From: Azolla caroliniana
Lineage: Eukaryota; Plantae; Polypodiophyta
NCBI GenBank assembly: GCA_043228905.1
Contig: JBHGNT010000013.1
Span: forward strand, 12,586,001 to 12,650,000
DNA: 64,000 bases
Direction of reading: 5' to 3'
A model generated the notes under the pieces. That model saw only the letters and a list, made by a program, of their open reading frames with translations, was not told the origin of the DNA and ran no database searches. How positions within the stretch are numbered: position 1 is the stretch's first letter; each line of letters starts with the position of its first letter. Made by a program: the position numbers and the translations under genes. Of this stretch, positions 1 to 12,855 are shown in pieces.

Positions 1-304
1 CCTGCTGTCGCCGCCGTCTGCTGCTGCCGACGACGCCGCCTGTTTGTCGCTGCTGCTGTTGACGCCGCCGTCGCCTGCTGCCGTCGTCGCCGTCGTCTGT
101 CGACGGTCGTCGTCGTCTGCTGCCGCCGTCTGCCGTCTGCCGTCTGCCGACTGTTGCCTGCTGCTGCCTCCGTATTCTGCCGCTGACGTCTGCAGACTGC
201 CGCCGTCGTCTGCAACTACTGTCTGCTGCCGCCGTCGTCTGCAACTGCTGTCTGCTGCCGTCGTCGTCTGCAACCGTTGTCAGCCGCCGTCTGTTGCCGC
301 TGGC
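1..304. repeat. GC-rich degenerate microsatellite (CTGCCG/TCGTC/GCC-type)
   Basis: Iterated ctgctgccgtcgtc-like units; the ORFs here are low-complexity artefacts. Confidence 0.85.
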
Positions 305-404
305 NNNNNNNNNNNNNNNNNNNNNNNNNNNNNNNNNNNNNNNNNNNNNNNNNNNNNNNNNNNNNNNNNNNNNNNNNNNNNNNNNNNNNNNNNNNNNNNN
401 NNNN
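305..404. other. Assembly gap (100 N)
   Basis: 100 consecutive N. Confidence 1.
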
Positions 405-3348
405 AAATGGACGGCCAAGGATGAGGCCGGTGACTACAAAGCGGAGAGCACCACTTCGAAAGTGGGCGGAAGATTCGGGGCACGGCGGCCCAAAACATCG
501 AGCGGAGAGGAGGCGAGCGGTGGTGCCGCGACCTTCCACACACCGGCCCTAGAGGCTTCGGCGGTCGGCCCGAGTGCCGGCACGAGACCTAGAATGACGG
601 GCGGTGGTGGCGGCAAGGCGGGCAAACAAAATGGCGCGGAGAACGGCGAAGAAGAGGTGGTGGCAAGCATACTAGAGGCTTGCGGAATCGGAGATGGGGG
701 AGCCGCGGACGACGTCCGAACGAAAGCGGCTACGGAGACAACAAGCGGCGGTGCCGGGTCCTTACCCAAACCAATCCTAGAGGCTCCAATGGCCGGCCCG
801 AGTGCCGGCATAAGGCTTAGTGCGACGGGAGGTGACGGCGGCAAGGCGGGCAACGGATACGAGAAGGAAGATCGGAGCGGACGGAGGCAAGACCCCTTGA
901 CACCGGGGCCGGAGACTTCGGCGGTTGTGCTCGAATGCCAACGTAAGACCGGAGAGATGGGCGGTGACCGTGAGGAGGTGAGGCCCGGAGAGAGCGCATA
1001 CGAAGACGAGTATGCGGGGCCCGGAATGGGCGTATACGGTGGGTCCGACGGAGAGGACCGAAGCGGGAACGAGGAGAGAGTCGGGAACCGACCCGACCGG
1101 AATACGGCACGGAAGAAGAAGAGAGTAAGGGCCGGCGAACCGGGCCCAAACCGAAGGAAGCCGGCGAGACCGATTGGCCGGTTACGGTTACGGTTATGGT
1201 TACGGTTACGATGGGGGCCGATAAGCGCGAGATGGAGGCTAACCGGGCACGACAACCATGGTTCGGGGGAAAAACGGAAACAAACGAGACCCTCCATACC
1301 CACTCTAGAGACTACGGCGTTGCGGATCAACATGAGACCGGAGAGACGGCGGGTGGCGGCGAGGAGTCGGAGGCCGGAGCGTACGAGGTTACCGGAACGG
1401 ATATCCGGTACGAGATGGTGGACGGGTGGGTCCAAGACGGCGAGCCCGTGTCGGAACGGGCTACGGCGACAAAGGAGGAGAAGACCGACACGGAGGTCGG
1501 GTCTACGGCGGAAGAGCGAGACGAGATGCATGCAATACGGCCGATGGGGGGCCAAGACACAAGCATGCCTACGAAGGAGCCACATCGAGTGACCGAAGAT
1601 GACGGTCGGATCACGCCTTCGAGAGGCGAATACGAGGAGGAAGGCGGCGACGACGAGACCTGGCACGATGCTAGGGAAGATTGGTGGGAAGAGGTGGCCT
1701 ACGGAGAGGCTAAGACCGGAGGCCACGAAGATAAGGCCCGAGAGGGATCCTCCACACCGGCTATAGAGACTCCGGCGGTCGGCGCGAGTGCCGACGTGAG
1801 ACCAAGAGTGGCAGACGGTGGCGGCGAGGGGACGAAGGCCACAACGGATGAAGGCACCGAGAGAGGCATACGGGAGGTCGCGGGGAACGAAGACGTATGC
1901 GCCCAAAAGAACGAACACGACATCACGAAGGATGTGTGCGGTCGAGCGGGCCAAGAGGGCCAAGAAGGTGTTCCTCCGAGCGAAACGGAGATCGGGGAAG
2001 AAAGGTACCTTTCCGAAAGGGTACGCGAAGAGGAGCGGAATGCAAAACGTGCAATGCGGCCGCATGAGGGCCAAGCAACGAGCACGGGAATGATGGTATG
2101 CTCTACGGCGAAAGAGCACGGAAGGCGAAGGGAAGGCGGAAGATGCGCGATGGGGTCGTCGAAGGACCGAAGCACGAGCACGCATTCGGGGGAGAGCATC
2201 GACATACGGGGAAAGCCCACGGAAGGCAATCGCGGAGCGGAGAGAGTCGGCACGCCGAGGTGTGCGGCACGGGAAAGGCAGACAAAAGAAGAGCAACCGG
2301 GTCGGCAACGGCGTTCGGGAGGACCGATCGGGGAAGAAAGCGCGGGCATCGGAAACGGCGGTCCGGATGTAGACGGTGGTTCGAGGAATCACGGTGGACG
2401 TGGCGGATCGGGTGGAGGCAACGACTCGGCGAGCATCGTCGAGTGTGGCGGATCGGATGGGGCCGACGGTTCGAGACCATTCGACGAAGATGGTGGGCCG
2501 GAAGGCGACGGTGGTTCGTGTGGACGGGGTGGACTTGCTCGAAGTGGAAGACGAAGCGGGGCAAGCCCACGAGGTTGTCAAGGGCTCGGTTGGCCGCCTT
2601 GGCCGAAAATCTCGCGTTTTGTTCCCCTTTTGGCACATACCGATGGATGTGCGGTTAGGTGGGGGCGGATGTCGTGAAGATTTTCGTCCATAGGCGGAAA
2701 ACCGAGCGAAGCAAGCAAACCCGCGATGTGCAACGTTGCACATCAACATGTTGTATTTCTATTTATCGATAGTGATAAGTATGGTGCTAGAAATGCACCT
2801 TAGGATTTGTAAAGTGTAAAGGTGATGTGCCCTTTCGCGCACATCCACGTGAGAGAGAGAGAGAGGTACATAGTAGTTCGCGTAGAGGTGGGAGTTAACA
2901 CCCCTCCTTCCCTCCTCCCCTAAAATCAAGGGAAATATCCCCATTGATTGAAAGGGGATATTTTGTAGCACCCTTTTGAAAACGGTCTTCTCTCCTTGTG
3001 CTATAAAAGGAGAGGGAGAGCACCATTGTGGGGGTTGCCTTATTTTGGAGTGCGAGTAAGGTATACCATTTCGTTTAGGGTTCCTTAGTTAGGGTTTCTT
3101 TTCTTCTTCGTCGGATTAGGGTTTCGGGTTTATCATAGTCGTTCGGTGCGGCCTACGCGGCCGCCATTTTGTAATCGGTTTCGGTTCTAATATATCTTGT
3201 TGAGCATTTGGCCTCCATCTTCCTCTTGATCATTCTTTCTCTTCTTGTGCTAAGCTCCATTCCGAAGTCCTATTCCTTCTCCCCTTCTCCTTAGTCCAAG
3301 ACCCCCGTGGTTCCGCCCTTCTCCACGCACGCGCGTAACAACGCGACA
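405..3348 (+). mobile_element. 3' part of a Ty3/gypsy-related LTR element: GC-rich internal region, PPT and 3' LTR (2670-3348)
   Basis: PPT taggtgggggcgga directly before TGTCGTG at 2670; LTR ends CGCGACA at 3348; TATA (ctataaaagg) near 3001; PPT context nearly identical to that at 7777-7790. Confidence 0.75.
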
Positions 3349-4132
3349 ACGGTACCGCATGTGTCGTGGAATCTGAAACTGATTCCAGTACCCAAAGCTC
3401 ACATCCCGAAGCTGATGGAGTTGCTGAAGCAGAAGGTAGAGATGGGCATCCTCGAATTGTCAAGTGCCCCGTACTCGAATCGGTGCTTTACTGTGCCAAA
3501 GAAGAACGGCACGTTGCGCTTTATTCAGGACCTGCAGCCAGTCAACAAGGTGACCATTCGGAAAGCAGGAATCAGACCGACCATTCATGAGTTCGCGGAG
3601 GCCTTCGCCGGAAGGTCGATTTACTCGGTCGGGGATCTGTACTCGGGGTACGACCAATTCCAACTAGCCGTGGAGAGCAGGGATATTACGACAATGCAGA
3701 CTCCTCTCGGCCTATTGTGGATGTCTACCCTTCCGCAAGGGGGGACAAACTCGGTAGCACACATGCTGAATGCAATGAATAAGGTGTTAAGGGACTGCAT
3801 CCCGGACATCACCGTGCCATTTTTGGATGACATTCCGATCAAGGGATGTCCGGTGGAGGATAAGGACGAAACGATCGGATCGGACGAGTGTCAGAAATTC
3901 GTCTTGGATCACATCGGAGACTGCGAGAAGGTGCTACAGAAGCTGGAAGGCGCGCGACTCACCTTCTCCAGGGAGAAATCGGCTTTCGGATTGTCGGAAA
4001 TCATGGTCGTCGGACACCTGTGCCGGCCTTATGGCCGGAAACCGTCTCCGGCTAAGGTGGAAGCTATCTCCGCGATGAAGGAAGAATGCAGGTCGGTTAT
4101 AGAAGTCTAGTGGTTCTTGGGAGCTTGCACGT
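3349..4132 (+). mobile_element. Ty3/gypsy (non-chromovirus) reverse transcriptase, degenerate
   Basis: Motifs FTVPKKNGTLRFIQDLQPVNK, DLYSGYDQF, LPQG, FLDDI; in-frame stop at 4110. Confidence 0.92.
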
Positions 4133-5890
4133 TGTCGTGGTGTCGTGCCTTTCGGCGCCAGATCGTTTGCGTGAGTCGGGTGGGAACCGTCGGGGTTTTG
4201 GACTAGGAAGAGGAAGAATTTGAGACGATTTTAATTATGAATAGATTATTAGAAACTTGTGAATTCCACAAGTATAATGTATTTTATTGATTAATATTTA
4301 TGTAAGAATATGTATTTAGATTGATAGAGAAAGATATAGAAATCTCTTGAATCCCACGAGTATAGTTTATTAATTGGTGTTTCAGGAAATATATCCAATT
4401 TCCCAAATAATCCACACCCTTATTACATTGTGCTCTTCATCCTTATATAGTGATGAGAGAATCTTGGCAATACATTCTTTTTCTCTAATTATGCCCTCCA
4501 TGCTTTTTCTATCCATAGACTATATGCTTTCTCTAACATGCTTTTTCTAAAGTCATGTGTTTTTTTTTATCGACTATAGTGTTCATGCACGCTAGATGTG
4601 CATGTGTAGCTTTTTCTTTTATCATGTGTTTTCCTAAAGTTTATCCTAGTGTGAACTTACGTTTCTATGTGGGACATCTACTTTTTGACACTAATGATAT
4701 ATTAGTGTAATGGTAAGGCTTCATATTATTAACATGGAGGTACAAGGATTGAATCTTGTTGTATGCATGTAATATACATTTTGTTATTTTCGTCGTTTTC
4801 TTCATATTTATTAAATCGAGTACTTTATACGTTTTTCACGTAGTGTACAAAATACACTACGACAACGGTATATTACGCGGGTACGTATAGGAGCTTAGGT
4901 GGGACCGCGGGGGTCTTGGACTAGGGAGACGAATGGTGAAGTCCTTAAGCTTTGTAGGCTTCGGTCTAGAATCCAGAAATCAGTCGGTATGCAAATCCGA
5001 AAACCGGTCGGTATGCAAAACCGGAACCGGAACCGGTCGGCAAGCAAACCGGAACCAGAACTAGCAATCAAACCAGAACCGGAACTAGCAATCAAACCAG
5101 AACCGGTCGGCAAGCAAAATCGAAACCGGAACCGGCAAGCAAACCGAAACCGACCACCAAGCAAAAAGGAATCGGTTGGCGAGGGATTCAGCGATCGGGC
5201 GGAACCGGCTACCGAGGGATTCGGCAATCGGGCGGAACCGGCTACCGGACGAGGTTGGACGCGGATGGATGGAAGATTGGATCATGCAACAAACTAAAGT
5301 AAAGTGAAGAGAACTAAAGTAAAGGCTATGTGGACGCAAGCAACTAAAGTTGGAGTGCATGCAAAAAGTAAAGGTGATGTGGAAGGTGTGCAACAAAAAG
5401 GTGGAGATCATGCAACAAACTAAAGTAAAGTGAAGAAAACTAAAGTAAAGGCCATGTGGGACGCATGCAAGGGAAGGAGAATAAGAAAAGGAAGAATCTG
5501 TGAATCAAGGGGGCTAATCACTCATAAACTCATAATTTTTTTCGATAGGGAAAGGAAGCTATCTCTCAAGTAAACCCTAATTTCCTAATCAAAGCCATAC
5601 AACTCAAAAACCCTAATTTTCGAATTGAAGCTAAAAAACCCTAATATTCTAATTAAATCCATATCTCATTTCTTCTAATCTATTACTCTAGTCATCTCCA
5701 TTAGCAAACTTTTTGTAATCCCAATCTTGGGATTAATTGTAATCTTTCTTTCTACTTGTTAATGAAATTTGTTAATCTTTCTCATTTCGGTTAATTCTTA
5801 GTACATAAATACACGAATTTGATATCCTCTAGTCAAAGGCCCCGGGGTCTTGCCTCAACGTTCACGTATCCTCGTCATATTTTCACGACA
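4133..5890. mobile_element. Composite LTR-derived insertion (TGTCGTG...CACGACA) interrupting RT-RNaseH; includes a minus-strand LTR at about 4133-4864
   Basis: 7-bp inverted termini; U5-like motif copies at 4182-4206(-), 4900-4924(-) and 5829-5849(+); internal AAACCGGAACC tandem repeats at 4980-5250; no TSD found. Confidence 0.6.
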
Positions 5891-8436
5891 CCGTAGACAC
5901 GAGTCTGACCGGAATCAGATGGGTGATCAATCAGGAGGATGAGAATGGCACGAGGTTCCCCATTCGGTTCGGTGCGAAAGTACTTAGCAAGCGACAACGA
6001 GGATACGCCCAAGTTAAACACGAACTCTGGGGTATCGTTTCGGCGGTCAAGGCCGACAAAGACTACCTAATCGGGACAAAGGTAATAATAGAGACGGACT
6101 GCCTACCGATTCTCGGTATGGTTTCCGGCTCCGCGACGCCAGACCTAGCAATGTTCAGGTGGATAGCGTACATTAAGTCCCTGAATCCGAAGATTCGGCA
6201 CATCTCTGGGAAGGACAACGCCATGGCCGACATGCTTTCAAGAGCAAGATTTGATGACGAGGGTGGCATGGTTTCAGAGGACGAGGAAGTAGACGTGGAC
6301 TTCTTCGAGACGGCTTACGTGACGACGAGAAAGGGGGGCACTCCGGCGCTTAACGAGTTCGACGAGAACAAGTACGACGGGGACTGACTCCAGATCGGTG
6401 GGTTCCTGAAAACGATGACGCCGAACGCGGCATGGACAAAGGAAGAGGCTAACCGGATTCGGAAGAAAGCGTATCGATTCTTCCTACGAGACGGAAGCAT
6501 ATTGAAGCACCCGAAGAAGCGAGACGGCGTCCCACTCTGGGTAGTGGCGAGGAAGGAGGAGCAGGAAGCATTGATGACGGCATACCACAAGAGTCCTTGG
6601 GCCGGACATCAGGGGACATGGGCCACGTTCGAGAAGCTAAAGGAGAAGTACTAGTGGTCAGGACTGTACCAGGACATGCATCGGTTCATAACAACTTGCG
6701 AAAGCTATCAGATGCATTCCATAGTCCGACATCGAGATGAGCTGCACCCGACTTACCCGCCGACCATCCACTTCAAGTGGGTGATGGATCTGGTGACGTT
6801 GTCGATGGGGGTAGGGCATATGTGATACCTGGTGCTAGCACAAGAGGACTTGACGAACCAAGTGGAGGGCCGAGCGTTACCGAACAAGACGATTGAGGCC
6901 ATGTGCCAGTTCCTGATCGAAGAGGTGGTATGTCGGTACGGGTGCGTAGGGAAGATCGTAGCGAACCGTGGAGAATTGGATGCACTAGAGGCCGAAGAGT
7001 TGTTTGATCGGTTAGGGGTTAAACTCTCGCTCACCACGGCGTACAATCCGGAGGCAAACGGGAAGGTGGAACGCGGACACGGGCCAATCGTAAAGGCGTT
7101 GGTACAAGCATGTGAAGGCCAAGTCGGGAATTGGCCGCAGCTCTTACCTTACACGTTGTGGGCAGACCGAACTACGCACAGTTCGGTAACCGGGTTCATG
7201 CCGGCGGAGCTGATGTACGGGCAGAAGCTGGTCATGCCGATGGAGCGAATGATCTCCTCATGGGCCGCGATGGATTGGAGAGACGAGATGAGTCAAGAGG
7301 AGCTGTTAGCGGCGCGAATCTGACAGCTCGAGTGAAGACTGGAGGACGTGGAACGAGCAACGGTGAAGCTGCGTGCGGCAAGGACAGAACAAGGGGCGAT
7401 TTGACCGGACTCACCGACTACGACTGAGGAAAATCAAGGAAGGCGATTGGGTTCTGGTCTACAACAGCAGCCTCGACAACCAGCACAAGGCGATGCAGAA
7501 ATTTACGAGGTGGTTCGGGCCTTACGTGGTGACAAGCGCCAACGACAATGGCACCTACCATCTCGTAGAGCTCGATGGAACTAGAGTAGTTGTGTCGGTG
7601 GCCGGGAAGAGGATCAAGGCATTCAAGAAGCGGCACGAGGATGATCCGGACCTAGAGGACATGGATGGCGACGGCGACCGATTCGGAGCGGATGGCGATC
7701 CGGAGAACGAAAGGTAAGCACGGGTCGGTCTTCTCCGGCAAAGGTCTATTCTGGCGCATACTAGTGGATGCGCAATTAGGTAGGGGCGGATGTCATGGAG
7801 AAAAAAGTCCCTACGAGGAATCGGTGGATAGTGTGCGTGAATTGGCCCTTACACATGGGCACATGTTTTGATGTATTGTACATAGTTAGGTACAAGTCGG
7901 TGATGTGAATATCCTAGGTAGCGCATATGCATTAAGTAGAGAATCGAAGAGTATCTCTATCAAAAAGGACATAGAATAAAAGTGATGGAACAAACTGTAA
8001 CGTCTCTCTCCTTGGGCTATAAAAGGAGAGGAAAGGGGACTAAGAGGGGATGGCGTTGTCGAGGACGAAGTGTTGTCGGACTGGATCCGAGCTCTTCTCC
8101 TCTGTTTTTCATCGTTCTCGGCAGGTTTTGGGAGGCTGCCTCTGCTTCGTGGAAAGCCCGAGTGCTTCCGGTAGAGGCTCCATCTCACGTTGTCCGTGTG
8201 CATTGTGTGAGTTGGTGTTAGCGTGTTGACACTTACCGGCTAGCCGGCTGTAATCTTGATCATAAGTATATATTTTCCTTATTCGTTGTTCGATCTTCGT
8301 TGTGAGTTCTCTGTGTATTCATGTGCATGGCTCGGTCGTGGTTTCGTGTCGCTCCTCCCTCCGTTCGGTTATTCCCCGGTTCAGGCCCCTCGCGATTCCA
8401 CCTTGGTTTCTCCTACGCATGCAGAATAACACGACA
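5891..8436 (+). mobile_element. Ty3/gypsy RNase H + integrase (degenerate), PPT and 3' LTR (7791-8436)
   Basis: RNaseH VDTS..., ELWGIV, IETDCLP, NAMADMLSR; integrase H-GH zinc finger, TTAYNPEANGKVERGH, WFGPY; PPT taggtaggggcgga; LTR TGTCATG...CACGACA; several stops and frameshifts. Confidence 0.92.
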
Positions 8437-10956
8437 CCGGTCCATACCTTCGGAGGTGAGTCTCCTCCCAAAGGTACTGAGGGTGATTTGTTTATCACGT
8501 AGGTCGTCATCGTCAGCGCTTCAACCCAAAACATCTTGGGTAACTTGGCATGCGTGATCATGCTCCAGACTCTCTCCATTATGGTCTGGTTCATCCTTTT
8601 GGTCAGCCCGTTTAGTCCTGGCATCTTCAGCACAGTGAATTCAAGCCAGATTCCCTTCGACCGGTAGTACTCCTCAAACTGCCCCCAGTATTCTCCTCCG
8701 TTATCTACTCGAACTGCCTTCAGCTTCCGGCCGGTTTCTCTTTCCACTTTAGCGTGGAGCTCCTTGAAGACGGATAGCACCTGATCCTTTGTCTTCAATG
8801 GTGAGACCCATGATAGCTTCCAGTTGTGGTCATCTATGAACATCACGAAGTACTGTGATCCGGCATGTGACTTCGTGTCCACTTGGACCCACATCGGTAT
8901 GCACCAGCTCCAATGGTGCATTCCGTCTCATCGGTGTCCTTGATCGGAAGGAGGTTCGGTTTTGCTTGCCGGCCAAGCAATCGGTGCACTTCTCAAGTTG
9001 CACTTCCTTCGCCGGAATGAGGTTGTCTTCGGCAAGCCTCTTCATCCCCTTCTCACTCATGTGACACAGTCTTTTGTGCCATAGCTCACCGGCAGTGTCG
9101 GAAGCAACATTCACTTCTTCTTCCCGGCATAACCGAGCATTCATCAGGTACAATGTGTTGACTTTCCAGGCTGGAGCCACTATTAGGCTCCCCTTGCTGA
9201 ACTTCATGACTCCGTTCCGGATGCTACCCGTGTAGTCTTCATCATCTAGCCGACCGGCTGATATTAGGTTCAGTCGAACCTCCGGAACGTGTCGGACATC
9301 CTTCATCAACAACTTGCATCCAGTTGGTGTCATCAACCACACGTCCCCTATGCCGACAATTTGGCATGTACCTTCATTCCCCATCCGGACACAGTCATGC
9401 TCACCGGATGTGTAGAATGAGAAGCATTTCCGGTCCGGGGTAAGGTGGAACAACACTCCGGAATCGACAACCCACGTTGTCTCGTCGCCGGCAATGTTCA
9501 ACTCACACTCCTCGATGATGAGCATTAGTTCCTCTTCCCTTACCGCGATCATCGTCGTTCCCTTCCGGTCCGGGCCTCGCCGATCTGAACCGTTTCGGTC
9601 CGGTGACTTCTTCGAATCGGTATTGTCGATTCCCTTGTCTTTCCGGAAATGCCAATACTTCTTCTGGAAGTGCCCCGGCTTGCCGCAATAGAAGCAAGTG
9701 GGCCTCCCCCTTGACTTTGATCGTGTCCCCAACTTTTCCTGGTTCTAAGAACTCTGACTCCTTTGTCTTCCGCATTCCGATTCGGTAAGGAGGGCTTTGG
9801 CGTCGGAGATCACCTCCTTGTCTTTCCGACACGCCTCCTCATCTAGCAAGCTCGACTTGACTCTTGCTAGGGATAGTTGTTTTCCTTCCGGCCCGGCGTT
9901 GCCCAACGTGACAACTAACGTCTCCTAGCTATCTGGGAGGGAACCGAGCAGGAGAAATGCAAGTACCTCATCGGCGAGAGGTACTTCCAACGAGGTTGCT
10001 TGATGTATTAGCCCCTAGAAGGCATTCATGTGCTCCGCCATACTGGAGCCATCTTGGTACCAGAGTCTCACTAGCTTCCGGAATACTGAAACCTGATTAA
10101 CAGTCGATCTTCTCCCAGAATTCATGGGCCTTACTTTCTTCATTGAAGTTGTTGTACAGGCTCATGTCGATGAAGCATCGGATGTATGTCGTCGTCTTCA
10201 TATGCATCACCTCCCACATTGTGGCGTCGATCTTATCTGGTCTCTTGTCCCTGAACTGAACCGGCAACCAAAGATCTTTGACCGCCAGCATATCCCTCAT
10301 CTTCGACTTCCACACTGAGTAGTTGGAGCCGGTGGGCTTGAACATGTTGCCGAACGATTCTTCCATTTCCTGTGTTGTTCCCTCTGATACCAGATTGTGA
10401 GGAATAGCGTGGAATACTACTCGGCCACAACCGAGTCTTGAATCACTTCGATAAGAGTGCAACACAAGAATGGGAATAGATGTACACACAAAAAGGGTAC
10501 ACTGGATGTTTATGTGGAAAACCCTAAATGGGAAAAACCATGGGAGCCCACAGACTCCGAACTATCACTATGAAGAGAAGGGGTACAAACAGAGACTCGT
10601 AGGCAACGACCTCGAACTCGGTTTCTTCGATAGGCGGCGGTTACAACAAAGTATCGCTCTGTATCTCTCTCCCTCTCACTCTTTGTCACTCTCTCTATAT
10701 AATAGTTACAACAACAATAACGACTACAACCTTAACATCCTACAATGATTGCCCTAAGTCATATTTATACTTATATGAACTTAGGGCTATTTACACATAT
10801 ATATAGCCTCAATGGGCTTACTCAGAAACATATTTACAGATATGTATCTCTTTCGGTTCTCACCGGGTCTCCTCCGGTTTCCGGATCTCTTCCGTTTCTC
10901 ACCGGGTCCTCTTCATTCATCACTGGATCCCATCCAGAGGGACTGATTTCCCAACA
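8437..10956 (-). mobile_element. Ty1/copia 5' half (5' LTR 10396-10956, PBS, gag, protease, integrase), truncated by the gypsy nest
   Basis: PBS tggtatcagagg (10381-10392, minus strand; tRNA-iMet type); CFYCGKPGHFQK knuckle; WVVDSG protease; LWHKRLCH..C..C; integrase VRVDNGGEY; LTR TGTTGG...TCACA on the minus strand. Confidence 0.93.
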
Positions 10957-12855
10957 CTGTGTTGTTTGTTGTGCATAGCTCGACATGTCCTCACATATTA
11001 TTTTGCATATTCTTTCATCACTTCTGTGATGTTCACCTACATCTCAATCACTATCTCGACATCTAGGAAATAAGCTCCCAAACAATTATCTTTGTCCAAT
11101 GTGATTAGTTGGTAAAGAAAGAAACTATGGAGAGATTCGAAACCTATTTAAATTAGGTCACGCGTGTAGCTAAAGTTCTTGCGCCATTTAATGGATTGCC
11201 TTTGAATGTTCAATTTATATCCATGCACCATTTACTGTAATTGAAATCGCATATGCATGCAATAATGTCTACGTAGTATTCATTCTGACTACATTCACAT
11301 GTGTAAGCAATGGCAATGCATAACTTCGGGAAATTGTCTTATGTTCTCTTGATGTGAATATATACATTGAGGAGGAATAAACATCACTATTATGTTAAAC
11401 TAACTTAAGTTTGATAGAACCTACGAAAAGCTAGGTTTTCAAATCTTGATGTAAAGATTGCAAGACATCATTGTATTTTCATGATGCGATAAGATGAGCA
11501 TTCCACAATTATATTTTGAGCAATATGATTCAATGTTTCAAGCCCTTGATAAGAATAGTGTTCTAAAGATTCTCTATACAAAAGAGAACTAAACTGGATT
11601 TAGAATACACAAAGAGAACTGAACTAGATTTAGAATACACATTATGCAACCACAACAATAAATTATATCAACATTCATTGCATTAAGACATTGAAATATT
11701 GAAATTGCCATCAACAAAAAAATGATTACAAAATTAAGATAAGTTTCAGCTTAACTTCTTGTTTTCTGAAGATAAGACACATTGAATACATGACACAAAA
11801 TTTCCCTCCATTTTTCACATGTTATATGATCTAGGTCATAACCTAACTAGTTTAATATGTAGGGAGAGTTTTCATATTAACAAAGTGTGTTTCTTATTGT
11901 GAAAATATCAACTGAAACTCAAAACAAGCTTAAGCGTACTTAATTTTCACTTGTATAGCATTCACTTCCTTATAATATGTATATATAAAAGAGCATTAAC
12001 CCTCTCTAAATTTCAACAAACTTTTGTTAATATAAAAAAATGAGCATTATGTTTACCACAAGTGATTGATCTATATTCAATACAAAATCATTGTCATAAA
12101 AAAATGCATATTGGTGTATGCTATCAAAACCATTGCCTTCAAAATACATTCATCAATTACCATATTCTAAACCATTTGATTGCCAACATTATCATACGAT
12201 GGAGTTTTTCATGTGTCTACTCATACCTAAACCTCAAAATTCCTTACTTTGTAAAAGCATCTCAAAGCATGCAAATACATTACATAAATCTCACACGATT
12301 TCATTGTAAAATTAAATATTGCAATATTATTGTGCCAAACATAACCCAATGGCTATTAAGCTTCAGATTTTCATATGCATCTCTTCTTTTTAGTTTTTTA
12401 CTTGACACTACGATTTCAACAAAACAACATACACTGATTTCCCTTCCAATACTAAAAAACTACTTTGATGAAAAGCAACATTAAAATAATTTAATCATCA
12501 AGTGTTAATTACACATGTGGACATGCGTGACTACTCTCTAAGGCATGTACATTTCAAGTGAGAAACTATTAACGACACTAATTCATGTGGTGTTCTTACT
12601 AGGAAGAAACATATAGATTGTGATCACAAAACCTTGAGTACAATTTCATGTGGAGATGCACTAGTCTAGTTTTTTGTATGTGTCACTTAATAACACACTC
12701 AAGGTCTAGTAGTATTCTCCCAAGGAATTCAAAATCAAATCTATTGTATGTCTTTCCTTTGAACCACATGAAGTTCGCAACTTAACATATATAAGGAGTT
12801 TGCTTAGATATTTAACTTCTCAAAGACTCTAAAAAGATGTCACCCATGACATTAC

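Noticed and set aside
434-2749. 771-aa minus-strand ORF
   Set aside because: Shadow frame of a GC-rich, purine-biased plus strand; no recognisable motif and it runs across the LTR boundary.
4899-5297. ORF with KPEPELAI repeats
   Set aside because: Translation of LTR-internal tandem repeats.
5572-5645. Interstitial telomere
   Set aside because: Only isolated AAACCCTAA motifs within an LTR, not a tandem telomeric tract.
12062-12484. 140-aa ORF in AT-rich DNA
   Set aside because: No motif, GTG start, composition typical of intergenic sequence.
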